Notes under the pieces: generated by a model | The model's database searches: none | What the model saw: only the letters and a program-made list of their open reading frames with translations | What the model was told of the DNA's origin: nothing | IMG/VR virus record: IMGVR_UViG_3300014039_000538 | Location: 2,460 to 66,459 of that record | Strand: one strand, 5' to 3' | Length of the DNA: 64,000 nt | Source: a virus | Lineage: Duplodnaviria > Caudoviricetes | In this document: one piece after another, positions 1-8,459 of the stretch | How positions within the stretch are numbered: position 1 is the stretch's first letter | Layout of the letters: every line of letters starts with the position of its first letter | Made by a program: the position numbers and the translations under genes

Positions 1-579
1 TGCACATACCTCGCGCAAAACATCGTAGCTTCCCATTGCATCAATCCAGTTTGTTTGCATGAATTCCCGGAAAATATCTGCAAGTCTCTGATAGTTTGTT
101 TCTGAAAGTTCATTTAGCTCTGAATCCGATTTATCTTTAAGATGATTTCTTTCGTAAATATCCATGCAGAACTTGTACATTTCGTTATAAAGAAGCCTGA
201 TTAAAAGAGAGAAAATATTTATTGTAAGCTCGATATTCTCACAAGCCTGTTTTTTCGCATTAAGTGCATTGATGTAATCGACTGTAATCCGCTTTTCGTA
301 CTGGTCTAACTGAACTGCGACAACTCTCTTTGCCTGTAAATGTAAGTCAGCCGCCCCTTCCGCCTGTTCCTCTTTGATTTTATATTTGAAGTCCGCGTAA
401 TCCGTAACGACTTTCACAATTTCGGACTGCGCTTTTCTGCTCGAAAAAGAAACGCTCTTGTCGCCGAATTTAAACGACAGTTCCTTGATAGTCCTGACAA
501 TAAGAAAAATAGTCGTAAGAATAAAAACGCCTGTGATAATAAGGTTTACCGGCGCACTCTGTGTTATTAAATCTGACAT
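1..579 (-). CDS. Partial CDS (runs off the left edge): protein with an N-terminal transmembrane helix, function unknown; position is compatible with a lysis module
   Basis: Translated by hand: ATG at 579 with AGGGGA RBS, open for 193 codons to base 1 (MSDLITQSAPVNLIITGVFILTTIFLIVRTIKEL...). Missing from the ORF track because there is no stop in the window. Confidence 0.75.
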   Translation of the reverse strand, partial: MSDLITQSAPVNLIITGVFILTTIFLIVRTIKELSFKFGDKSVSFSSRKAQSEIVKVVTDYADFKYKIKEEQAEGAADLHLQAKRVVAVQLDQYEKRITVDYINALNAKKQACENIELTINIFSLLIRLLYNEMYKFCMDIYERNHLKDKSDSELNELSETNYQRLADIFREFMQTNWIDAMGSYDVLREVCA

Positions 580-600
580 CTTTTTATCCCCTGTAGAAAA

Positions 601-642
601 TAAAAAAAGCCGCTACCCGATATAAAAATCAGATAGCGGCTT
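601..642 (-). terminator. Intrinsic terminator-like hairpin upstream of the 579 gene
   Basis: 9-bp inverted repeat aagccgcta (607-615) / tagcggctt (634-642), followed by a U-run on the minus strand. Confidence 0.6.
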
Positions 643-690
643 CGGTTTTAACCTAAAAACCATGTTGTATGCACTTATGGTACACTATAT

Positions 691-719
691 ATTATGTTTG
701 TGCAATAAATCAGCGTCAA
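691..719 (-). promoter_or_regulatory. Putative sigma70 promoter
   Basis: TTGACG-N17-CATAAT on the minus strand. Confidence 0.55.
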
Positions 720-726
720 AAAAACA

Positions 727-1104
727 CTAAATGACAAGTTTTTCAAGGCGGTTGATTTCCGCTCTCCATTCCTGCCGTTCAGCGATTTTATCAGCATAAT
801 CTTTTGCCGTTGCGCTTCCTTCGGCGATTTTCGACGCAATATAGTCAGTTTCCGCAAGCCGCATTTTAAGCGCACGGATTTTTTCTACCGCCTCTTCGCT
901 TTTCTTTTCGGCGTCAGTTTTTCCCAAGAAGATTTTTCCGTCAATCAGGCGCGCTAGCCCACCTGCCGCCTCAAACTCTTCTTCGGTGATTGTCATATCA
1001 GGTACACTGATACCGTCCATAGTTTTCATAGCCGACAAATCGGTATGATGAATGACTACATCGCCCTTTATCGCTAAGTAAACATTTTTTGTAGCGTCTT
1101 TCAT
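727..1104 (-). CDS. Probable tail fibre assembly/chaperone-like protein
   Basis: GGAGG RBS before ATG 1104 (MKDATKN; ORF track starts at 1134). C-terminal ETDYIASKIAEG...RQEWRAEINRLE resembles small phage tail-associated proteins. Follows the fibre/DGR cassette. Confidence 0.5.
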   Translation of the reverse strand: MKDATKNVYLAIKGDVVIHHTDLSAMKTMDGISVPDMTITEEEFEAAGGLARLIDGKIFLGKTDAEKKSEEAVEKIRALKMRLAETDYIASKIAEGSATAKDYADKIAERQEWRAEINRLEKLVI

Positions 1105-2248
1105 AATCACTACCTCCTGTAATATTTTCTTCATGGAACAATTCCTTATAGAATATATCCATGTTTTTCACCAAGTAATAACTGTCAAAATGTAATAAAT
1201 GACTTCTGAATGACTGATAAGAAGTGTAGACATCTTCTTTTGACATTAAACCCAAGTCATACTTTTTCTTAAAACTTTTCAGTTTTCTTTTCATGCGGAT
1301 AATACCGTCTCTTTTCGCCTTACATACAATTTTACCGCTAGGAAGTAAGATGTATTTACCTTTCAAAAACCAAAAACCTTCGTCTAGTGGTACAATGCGT
1401 GTTTTCTTCGGATTTAGTTTTATTCCAAGTTCATCACATATCCTTTTAATTTCTGTCAAACAGTATTCAAGATATTCCTTGTCTTTGTGAATCAAATACG
1501 TGTCGTCCATATATCTGCCGTAATATCTCACTCGCAAGACTTCTTTACAATAATGGTCTAACTTATTCGGATATGAAATTGCCGAAATTTGCGACACCTG
1601 ACTTCCAAGACCTAAAGAAATACCGTCTCCGAAAACCGTTACAAAACTTTTGTAAAGTTCAAAGATTCTTTCATCGGTTATATTTTTCCTCTGCATTTCA
1701 AAAAGTTTTTCATGCAGGATATTGTCAAAATATTTTGAAAAATCTATAACAAGCGCATAGCCGTTATTGTTTCCGTTTTCCCGGTAAAACCTTGATAAAT
1801 GACATCGCAAACGATTCATAGCAAAATGAATACCTTTATTTTTGATACTTGCACCGTTGTCGTAAATCAATGAGCGTGTCATAAGCGGCGTAAGAACATT
1901 ATCACAAAGACATTTCTGTACAACTCTTTCGGAAATATGTACACTTCGGATATGCCGCATTTTGCCGCGCTCGTGTATATTAAACTCAACAAAACCTTTT
2001 GAAACGCTCTCGTCTCTTGCAAGTTTTTGTTTTGTTTCCGCAAGATTGCTCATAAGGAATAAATCAAATCTTTGTACGCTTTCTTTCCAGGCGACACCGC
2101 GCCTAGATTTTCTGTATGCGGCTTTTAGATTATCTAAATCTAAAACAAGGTTGAAGTCGTTATATTTGCGGATATAATCGTCATGTTTCTTTTTCCGCTC
2201 CGCCTCGCGGCGTTCTCTTCTTCCTTTTCTTCGCTCTTCGCTTGTCAT
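998..2248 (-). CDS. DGR reverse transcriptase
   Basis: RT motifs IDFSKYFDNI, LGLGSQVSQ, YGRYMDD, FLKG; no maturase/endonuclease domains; adjacent to TR and avd. Confidence 0.95.
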   Translation of the reverse strand: MTSEERRKGRRERREAERKKKHDDYIRKYNDFNLVLDLDNLKAAYRKSRRGVAWKESVQRFDLFLMSNLAETKQKLARDESVSKGFVEFNIHERGKMRHIRSVHISERVVQKCLCDNVLTPLMTRSLIYDNGASIKNKGIHFAMNRLRCHLSRFYRENGNNNGYALVIDFSKYFDNILHEKLFEMQRKNITDERIFELYKSFVTVFGDGISLGLGSQVSQISAISYPNKLDHYCKEVLRVRYYGRYMDDTYLIHKDKEYLEYCLTEIKRICDELGIKLNPKKTRIVPLDEGFWFLKGKYILLPSGKIVCKAKRDGIIRMKRKLKSFKKKYDLGLMSKEDVYTSYQSFRSHLLHFDSYYLVKNMDIFYKELFHEENITGGSDYERRYKKCLLSDKGRCSHSSYRFVGYENYGRYQCT

Positions 2249-2510
2249 TCATTTCCTCTTTGTAAAAAAACAAAAGATGTGCTTGTACGGCTTCGTCATA
2301 CTCTTCTGTACGGCGTGTGTAATTTCAGCAATAAGCCGCGTAATGTTACCGGGCATGAAACGGAAGATAACTACACAACTTCCGCTATGCAAGAAGCGTC
2401 CGCCCGAACATATCAAGCACTTTTTTACCAGCCATTTAAGACTGGAAGAAAAACATCTCCTTTCCAAGTGGGCGGTACGGTATAAAACCTACACTTACGA
2501 CCGCCTTTGA
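2249..2510 (-). ncRNA. DGR spacer (TR-to-RT), probably a structured part of the DGR RNA
   Basis: About 260 nt between TR and RT with several stems (GGCGGT/ACCGCC, CCAGTC/GGCTGG, CGGAAG/CTTCCG); same position as the Bordetella BPP-1 spacer. Confidence 0.55.
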
Positions 2511-2615
2511 AAATCCGGGGCAACGCCACCGTTGCTATTGCTGGCATTGTTGTTGTTGCTATTACCGTTGTTGTTGACATTGCAGAAGGTGGTGGAGTTC
2601 GAGGCGTTCGGCGTT
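2511..2615 (-). repeat. DGR template repeat (TR)
   Basis: 105 bp with 13 AAY codons in the target frame; aligns without gaps to 3250-3354 and 53134-53238; ends GCCCCGGATTTT (IMH*-like). Confidence 0.95.
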
Positions 2616-2651
2616 CCTCTATAGATGTTTTCCTGTAACTTTTTTAACTCT

Positions 2652-3152
2652 TTATTGCCTCACTCTTTCGCCTTTATTCATAATCTTTGCGCTAATTGCG
2701 TTTGTACTCTTGCGCCAACCTTTCAACAACGCGATTTCTTTATCTATCGTTACCGCATACGGCTCAAACTTCAATAAAGATACCGGCAACACATCGGCGC
2801 AATAAGTAAGTTTCTGCAAAAGCTGCTCGCAGTTCATAATTGCTCTGTCCTGCAAAATCCGCCTTTCCTCAACCTCGCGCATATTTATAGGATAAATGGA
2901 ATTAGCCGCTACGATATTATCCATAAGCTGATTTACCGTAACTATTATCGCTTTTCTAAGGTAATCTACTATCCATTCAGGATACCCCTCGATTGTTGTC
3001 AGTTCCGTATTATTTTCCAAAACCTCTTTATAGATTTTGTTTCTAATACCGAAATCCCTAAGCAGGAATCTTGTTAAATCTTCCCTCAACTGTCTAGCGA
3101 CACTGTAAAACTCCAAGCGTGATAGATTTCTTTTACTTTTAACGACCGACAT
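2652..3152 (-). CDS. avd: DGR accessory variability determinant (Avd-like)
   Basis: 166-aa, predicted helical protein (MSVVKSKRNLSRLEFY...LLKGWRKS) between target gene and TR. Confidence 0.85.
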   Translation of the reverse strand: MSVVKSKRNLSRLEFYSVARQLREDLTRFLLRDFGIRNKIYKEVLENNTELTTIEGYPEWIVDYLRKAIIVTVNQLMDNIVAANSIYPINMREVEERRILQDRAIMNCEQLLQKLTYCADVLPVSLLKFEPYAVTIDKEIALLKGWRKSTNAISAKIMNKGERVRQ

Positions 3153-3195
3153 AATTATCTTTATCCCATTTCCTTGTAAAAATTAAATTTGTAAC

Positions 3196-3251
3196 GGCGG
3201 CGTAAAGCCGCCTTATTAAAGATACAATTCTGTACCTTAGCAGGTACAGAA
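3196..3251 (-). promoter_or_regulatory. Two hairpins downstream of VR1 (DGR target-recognition elements)
   Basis: 10-bp stem 3228-3237/3242-3251 straddling the stop codon; GGCGGC-GTAAA-GCCGCC at 3196-3212. Confidence 0.75.
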
Positions 3252-5318
3252 AGCCGGGGCAACGCCACCGTAGCTATTGCTGGCAATGTCGCTGTCGCTC
3301 GTACCGTCGTTGTTGACATTGCAGGAGGCGGTGGAGCTCGAGGCGTGCGGCGTTGCTTCCCACCACCAAGCTCTTGAACCGTTATATTTCTTACAACGGT
3401 AATATGAAGAATCACGATAAATCGGATACTGGATATTTGTATTCCATCCGTTTTGGTCGTCTCCGTAAGTTGCAACTCCAAAAACTTCTACCTCTGTCGG
3501 CAGGAAAACTGTATTTCTTACCCATTCGGTAGAACTCTTTTTTGAGATTGCCCTGCTGATTGTATACAGATAATCACTTGAACCAAGTGCGGCACCCAAT
3601 CCGAGCGCAAACACGCCGTCAAGGTAAGTTTTCATTGTGCTTACACTGTAACCGCTGGCATTTGTATCAGAATTATTCATTGCTTTTTGTAACACAACAT
3701 TCTTGAAAGTCCAAAGAATATGATTCTTTGTGTTCTCCATAGAACCGCAATGGATGTAGTGATTGAATCCTGAAATCACAATGCGCAAATTCTGATAAGC
3801 GGCGTTCCAAGTGTAGGTAGTACCGTCCACGGTCAATGAGGGCAAATCGAGATAGTCGCCAATCATCAACCCGGAAAAATCAGCCTTGCCCTCGCCGTTA
3901 CATCTTTCGTGCAGAACTTCCATAGCTTCCGCAACCGTTGTAACTCCAAGAACTGTAAGAAGGTTTCTTCCCTCTGTAGAACCTGTGTTTGCGGTTGCTT
4001 CGTCAATCTCCTGCTTGCGCGCAACATCTTCTTTGTCTTTCGGGGCTTTCGCTCTAAACCTGCCGTCTTTATCGCGGATTACTGCCTTGTTTGCGATTGC
4101 ATAAGGTGAAAAGTCGCTCTCAACAAAGTTCAATTCATCAGTTCCAATCTGCTCAAAGTCGCCGTTAAGGTAGAATACCTTGCCTTTGTTTGTAGTTCCG
4201 GCTTTTACAAATACAAGTTTGTGCTTAAATGCAGCAGGTACGCTTGTTGTGTAACCTGTGTATCTGTTCCATGCGCCCGACTGAACTTCATAGAATCCGT
4301 TTTCTTTTGCGTCTGTCTGGTCTTTCAGGAAGACAAGCTGTCCGATTGATACAGAAACGCCGTCAATAGTCATTTCGCCGCCTGTCGCAATATCAACATT
4401 TGCGGTTGAACAAGCAACCGGCAAATCGTCCAAGAGCGAGAATCTTGAAAGAATGTCGTTACTGTACTTGTACAGATTGTTTACATTGTTTGCCAAAGAC
4501 TGAATCAGGCTTGTTACACTTTCGCTAGATGTAAAATCTACGCCGTGTACGCTCATACTCTGCCCTGTAGGAAGAGAAGACCCCATTACCTGCCCTGAAC
4601 CTGTACCAAAGTCAATATTTGCAGCCTTAATGACTGCGTTTTTATGACTTCCGTCTTCATTGTGCTGCACAAGGAAAGTATAGAAAATGTTTGCAAGGTA
4701 TGACGGATTGAAAGTAGCCGCCTTGTTTGTAGTCCAGTCGGTATTTTCTTTGCCGTATTTTCTTGCGTCGATATTCTTGATAAGGTCGCTTGTGATATTG
4801 TTTGTACCTGCCGGGATTCTTACCTCTGCAAGTTTTACATATCCTGCGTCTACTGCCGGAGCGGATTCAGAACCGTTTGAACCCTTCTTAACTACTACAG
4901 TAAGTTTAATACGCTTCTTTGTATTTACTGTCTGTGTAGTTTTTGTACCTGTAGAAGGGTCGTTGAACTTGCGCGACTGTGAATCGTAGCCCTCTTCTTC
5001 TCCCATAACTTCCACAATGTCGATACGGTCAAGGCTACTGTCAGCCTCTTCAAACGATACCGGCTCTGTAGTATCAGTTTCAGCGATACAAACACCTGTA
5101 CTGTCCTTGTATGCGAAAATCGGCTCAATGGAAACATTCAAGCCGCCCGAACCATAAGGTTTTACCTTGCCGCCGATAACATAATCACCGGCGGAATTAG
5201 ACAAAACCGCTTTGAGTGCTACCGCTACATTGTCGATTGATGAATCGTAGCCGAAAGTAACATCAGCCGCTTTCATAATCTCATTTTCTGCCGCAATAGC
5301 CGTTTTGAAATTTGCCAT
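3237..5318 (-). CDS. Tail fibre/receptor-binding protein with C-terminal CLec-type (DUF6273-like) variable domain; DGR target 1
   Basis: Last gene of the baseplate cluster; fibre-like TIDGV...LKDQT...ENGFY segment; WWW..TP...GVAPAF C-terminus encoded by VR1. Confidence 0.85.
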   Translation of the reverse strand: MANFKTAIAAENEIMKAADVTFGYDSSIDNVAVALKAVLSNSAGDYVIGGKVKPYGSGGLNVSIEPIFAYKDSTGVCIAETDTTEPVSFEEADSSLDRIDIVEVMGEEEGYDSQSRKFNDPSTGTKTTQTVNTKKRIKLTVVVKKGSNGSESAPAVDAGYVKLAEVRIPAGTNNITSDLIKNIDARKYGKENTDWTTNKAATFNPSYLANIFYTFLVQHNEDGSHKNAVIKAANIDFGTGSGQVMGSSLPTGQSMSVHGVDFTSSESVTSLIQSLANNVNNLYKYSNDILSRFSLLDDLPVACSTANVDIATGGEMTIDGVSVSIGQLVFLKDQTDAKENGFYEVQSGAWNRYTGYTTSVPAAFKHKLVFVKAGTTNKGKVFYLNGDFEQIGTDELNFVESDFSPYAIANKAVIRDKDGRFRAKAPKDKEDVARKQEIDEATANTGSTEGRNLLTVLGVTTVAEAMEVLHERCNGEGKADFSGLMIGDYLDLPSLTVDGTTYTWNAAYQNLRIVISGFNHYIHCGSMENTKNHILWTFKNVVLQKAMNNSDTNASGYSVSTMKTYLDGVFALGLGAALGSSDYLYTISRAISKKSSTEWVRNTVFLPTEVEVFGVATYGDDQNGWNTNIQYPIYRDSSYYRCKKYNGSRAWWWEATPHASSSTASCNVNNDGTSDSDIASNSYGGVAPAFCTC
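3250..3354 (-). repeat. DGR variable repeat VR1
   Basis: 13 mismatches to TR in 105 bp, 11 at TR adenines and 2 at non-adenines; IMH-like GCCCCGGCTTTC. Confidence 0.95.
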
Positions 5319-5348
5319 AATGCAACTCCTTGTTATTGATTAAAAGTT

Positions 5349-6647
5349 TTAATTGTCCTGTTCTCTAACCAATATTTCAATCGTAGAAATTATTCCTGCC
5401 GGTTGAACTATATCCAACAATTCCTGATATATTTCTTCTGCTTCCTTGCCGGTCGCACCGAAAATATACGCGCTATCAAAATATGACATTTTGCTATAGT
5501 CCACGCTCTTGAAATCATCACTGTTTACTGGCGACTGCGGCGCAAGTGCCTTCTGTCCGTCCAAATAAGTCATGTTTTCGTAGCCGTCCAACGGCTCTAT
5601 GTCATTACTTCCCTCTGTTACAATCGGGCTTACATCCTCCTCTAAAGGCGCGTCGTCAAAGTAACCCAAAGAATCGTAATCCGTTTCTCCTGCATCCTCG
5701 CCGCCCGATGAGTGATAGCCCATTGTGTCGTAATCGAACGCTACAATGTCGTCGTTTGTTCCCGGCGCAAGGTTTGCCGTTTCATCAGAATAAACACCCT
5801 TGAATACCGCAACCAAACTAAATGTAGACGCGCCGGTTTTCTCATTAAGCCGCGCATAGTCCAAAAATGCGTAATAGCCCGGCTCATACAAGAAAATAAC
5901 CTGCACACTTGAAATATTTACATCAGTAATGAAATAAAAACTTTTATTATCCCAGTCCGATGATTCAAAGTGCATTGAATATTCTGTACTACTCCATGCG
6001 CCAAACTCGCCGCCTTTTGGATTCCAGTATCTATTGTTATTGTCCTTAATCTGTACGCGGATATTGCCTTTCAGGAAGAAATGCAGGAAATAACTTGTAT
6101 CTTTTGAAACGCTTACACTCTGCGCGCAAGTTCCCGACGCATTGAATAAAACGCCGGTCGTTCCCTCAAAGCACGCCTCATGCTCATAGCTGCAATCTGT
6201 CAGCGTCCATGCGTTTTTACGCTCAAAATTGCCGTCTTCAAGTAAGTTTTCCTCAAACTTTTCTGTATTATTCACAAGGTAAACATTCTGATTGTTAAAG
6301 AAGGTCTTAAAGATATTTAAAATGTTCCACTTGTCGCCCCAAACTTTATCGCCGTTACGGTAAAAAAGAAGTTTGTTGCGCTTTAAGAATGTCGCTTCAC
6401 TTTCATTCTGTAATTGTGAGATAACAGAAAATACGGCAAGTGTTTTTTGTAACTGTTCGCCTGATTGAGTATAAATACTTTTATTTTCCGTCCACGCTTT
6501 CCTTGTCTCTTCCAAGTCCTCGAAAATACTTTCTATCGTGCCGCCGCCTTCTCCGTCAGCAAGCAACGCCTTAAAAGTAGTTCCTGCCTTGTTTACCAGT
6601 GTAGGAAAAACGCTTTTAATAAAGTCGCCTATTGAATTAACCGCCAT
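5349..6647 (-). CDS. Baseplate wedge/tail protein with a carbohydrate-binding-like domain
   Basis: Follows baseplate J; NLLEDGNFE...W motif typical of CBM-like beta-sandwich modules. Confidence 0.5.
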   Translation of the reverse strand: MAVNSIGDFIKSVFPTLVNKAGTTFKALLADGEGGGTIESIFEDLEETRKAWTENKSIYTQSGEQLQKTLAVFSVISQLQNESEATFLKRNKLLFYRNGDKVWGDKWNILNIFKTFFNNQNVYLVNNTEKFEENLLEDGNFERKNAWTLTDCSYEHEACFEGTTGVLFNASGTCAQSVSVSKDTSYFLHFFLKGNIRVQIKDNNNRYWNPKGGEFGAWSSTEYSMHFESSDWDNKSFYFITDVNISSVQVIFLYEPGYYAFLDYARLNEKTGASTFSLVAVFKGVYSDETANLAPGTNDDIVAFDYDTMGYHSSGGEDAGETDYDSLGYFDDAPLEEDVSPIVTEGSNDIEPLDGYENMTYLDGQKALAPQSPVNSDDFKSVDYSKMSYFDSAYIFGATGKEAEEIYQELLDIVQPAGIISTIEILVREQDN

Positions 6648-7729
6648 TAGTCTACCTCTGTCAAAGTGATAGAAATAGTTCCGATTCTTGCAATCTGATT
6701 TATTGCCGGCTCAACATTTGCAGCCGGTGAAGTAATCGCAACATCACGCACATAATTCAAAGCCATTACCTTTGTAATGATTGAAGACAAAATACAAGCC
6801 TCGCCGATTGTAAGAGAGTTCACATAAGCGGTAACAACATTCTGAATCTCTGTCCTTACCTCGTCGGTATCTGTAGAAACAACGCTTACATTCATTTCAA
6901 TATTTACAGGTACGGCGGTAGGCGTGATAACGCGGATATTTACGCCCGGCGCAAGATGTCCGGAATTCTCTTCTGTGTTATCGCCTTCAATGGCAAGTTT
7001 TACCGCTTCAAGTGTTTCATCACTCGCGCCGCCTGAACCGTCGTCTACATAAACACTCATGTTATAAATGTTTTTAAGCAGCGGTTTATGATTCTGAATT
7101 GAAACGCTTCTTACGGCGTTCACGCTCAAAGCTGCGCTTTTAATTGCGTATGAGTTTGTTCCTGAAAGTCCGTTGATATATGTTCTAAAACGCTCTTCAA
7201 ACTCCGCGTCGGTCTCTTCGTCAGTTCCGCCGGTAAATGCGCTTGAATTGGTAACGCTTACAACATCAGCCGGTACAATACTATCAATCGCGCTTATTAC
7301 ACCTGCGGCGATGTTATAATCACTTCCTGCGCCGTCCGACACAACCGTTACCGGCTCACTATTAAGAGAATCCGCCGGAATAATACCGGCTTCCGTTGTG
7401 GTAAATGTATAGCCGCCGCCGCTTACAACCGTACCTTTTGGAATAATCGACTGGCTGCCTAAAGCATTAGCGCGACTGAATACAACCGTACCGCTTGCGT
7501 AAAAACCTTCTTTTTTCGTGAACTTAAAAGGCGAATAAGGAAGGATTGCAAGCATTTCATTGTAACCCTGTCTTATTGCTACATACGCCCTTTCCGCAAT
7601 TCTTGCGACGGTATCAAGGATAGTGTGAATAATACTTCCCTCGTTAAAGTCCGTGATTTTATCCTGTTTCGCTATCATGTTAGCAGTCGCGCCTTCCATG
7701 ATTTCATTGTAACGCCTGATTTTTGCCAT
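6647..7729 (-). CDS. Baseplate J-like protein
   Basis: ITDFNEGSIIHTILD, GGTDEETDAEF..R, VYVDDGSG motifs; likely start MAKIRR at 7729 behind AAGGGGG. Confidence 0.85.
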   Translation of the reverse strand: MAKIRRYNEIMEGATANMIAKQDKITDFNEGSIIHTILDTVARIAERAYVAIRQGYNEMLAILPYSPFKFTKKEGFYASGTVVFSRANALGSQSIIPKGTVVSGGGYTFTTTEAGIIPADSLNSEPVTVVSDGAGSDYNIAAGVISAIDSIVPADVVSVTNSSAFTGGTDEETDAEFEERFRTYINGLSGTNSYAIKSAALSVNAVRSVSIQNHKPLLKNIYNMSVYVDDGSGGASDETLEAVKLAIEGDNTEENSGHLAPGVNIRVITPTAVPVNIEMNVSVVSTDTDEVRTEIQNVVTAYVNSLTIGEACILSSIITKVMALNYVRDVAITSPAANVEPAINQIARIGTISITLTEVD

Positions 7730-7733
7730 AATT

Positions 7734-8459
7734 TTAAATATCCCCCTTGTACATTCCTGTATCACCGTTTATGTCTGTGTAAACGACTTCAAGTTTCAGC
7801 TTGTCGCCGTCGCCCTCGAATGTCAGTTCGTTTACTTCTGATATTCTAGGGTCTGCCTGAATTGTCTGCTCTATAGAACCGCTTAAATAAGATTCAACCG
7901 CTACTGGGTCGCCTATCGTTGTACGGATTCCATAAGCCGACAATCTAATTCTTTTATTGCTTGCCGTTGTAAGTCTCAACGCTATCGCCTGTGTTAAGTT
8001 GTCGCGTCCGTCTACCGTCTTTATGTCGCCGCCGGAAATATCAAAATCGCCGTCATCGTCAATCTTGATGTCAATTCCGTAGTTTTCCTGCTTTTCCGGC
8101 TCTGCATAAATCTTGTTATTTGTATTACTTGTGTCTTCTGAAAGAACCGGGATTTTAATTTTAGTTCCGGCTTCAAGTTCGCTTTCGTTCGCAACACCGT
8201 TAAAGTACGCTATTACAGTTCCGTAGTCCGGGCTTCCTAAAAGCGTAGCTGCCAAATTGTCAAAAGTATCTGAACTTTTCCAAGTATGATATTTGAAGTC
8301 GTAAACCGTTACGGTCGCGTCGTTTCCGTCAGAATCGACATATACAACCGCCGTCGCGTTTGTCTGTTTTTCTTTTGACAAGGCGACGACAATACAAGCG
8401 TTTTCTTCAAGCTGCGATACATAGTCGGTCAATATGTCTTCTTTATCGTTATCTGTCAT
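7734..8459 (-). CDS. Baseplate protein: LysM-like region plus gp25-like wedge domain
   Basis: DTFDNLAA..LGSPDY...IAYFNG (LysM-like) and GRDNLTQAI..RL.T...YG...IEQTIQADPRI (gp25-like). Confidence 0.7.
   Translation of the reverse strand: MTDNDKEDILTDYVSQLEENACIVVALSKEKQTNATAVVYVDSDGNDATVTVYDFKYHTWKSSDTFDNLAATLLGSPDYGTVIAYFNGVANESELEAGTKIKIPVLSEDTSNTNNKIYAEPEKQENYGIDIKIDDDGDFDISGGDIKTVDGRDNLTQAIALRLTTASNKRIRLSAYGIRTTIGDPVAVESYLSGSIEQTIQADPRISEVNELTFEGDGDKLKLEVVYTDINGDTGMYKGDI

Noticed and set aside
998-2248. RT as group II intron, retron or Abi system
   Set aside because: No intron-type extra domains; avd, TR and adenine-specific VRs identify a DGR.
2249-2467. 72-aa ORF between TR and RT
   Set aside because: TTG start without RBS, no recognisable composition, lies in the DGR spacer.
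2521-2580. GTT/AAC trinucleotide runs as a microsatellite
   Set aside because: They are the AAY codons of the template repeat.
3161-3481. 106-aa alternate-frame ORF over VR1
   Set aside because: Shadow of the fibre C-terminus.
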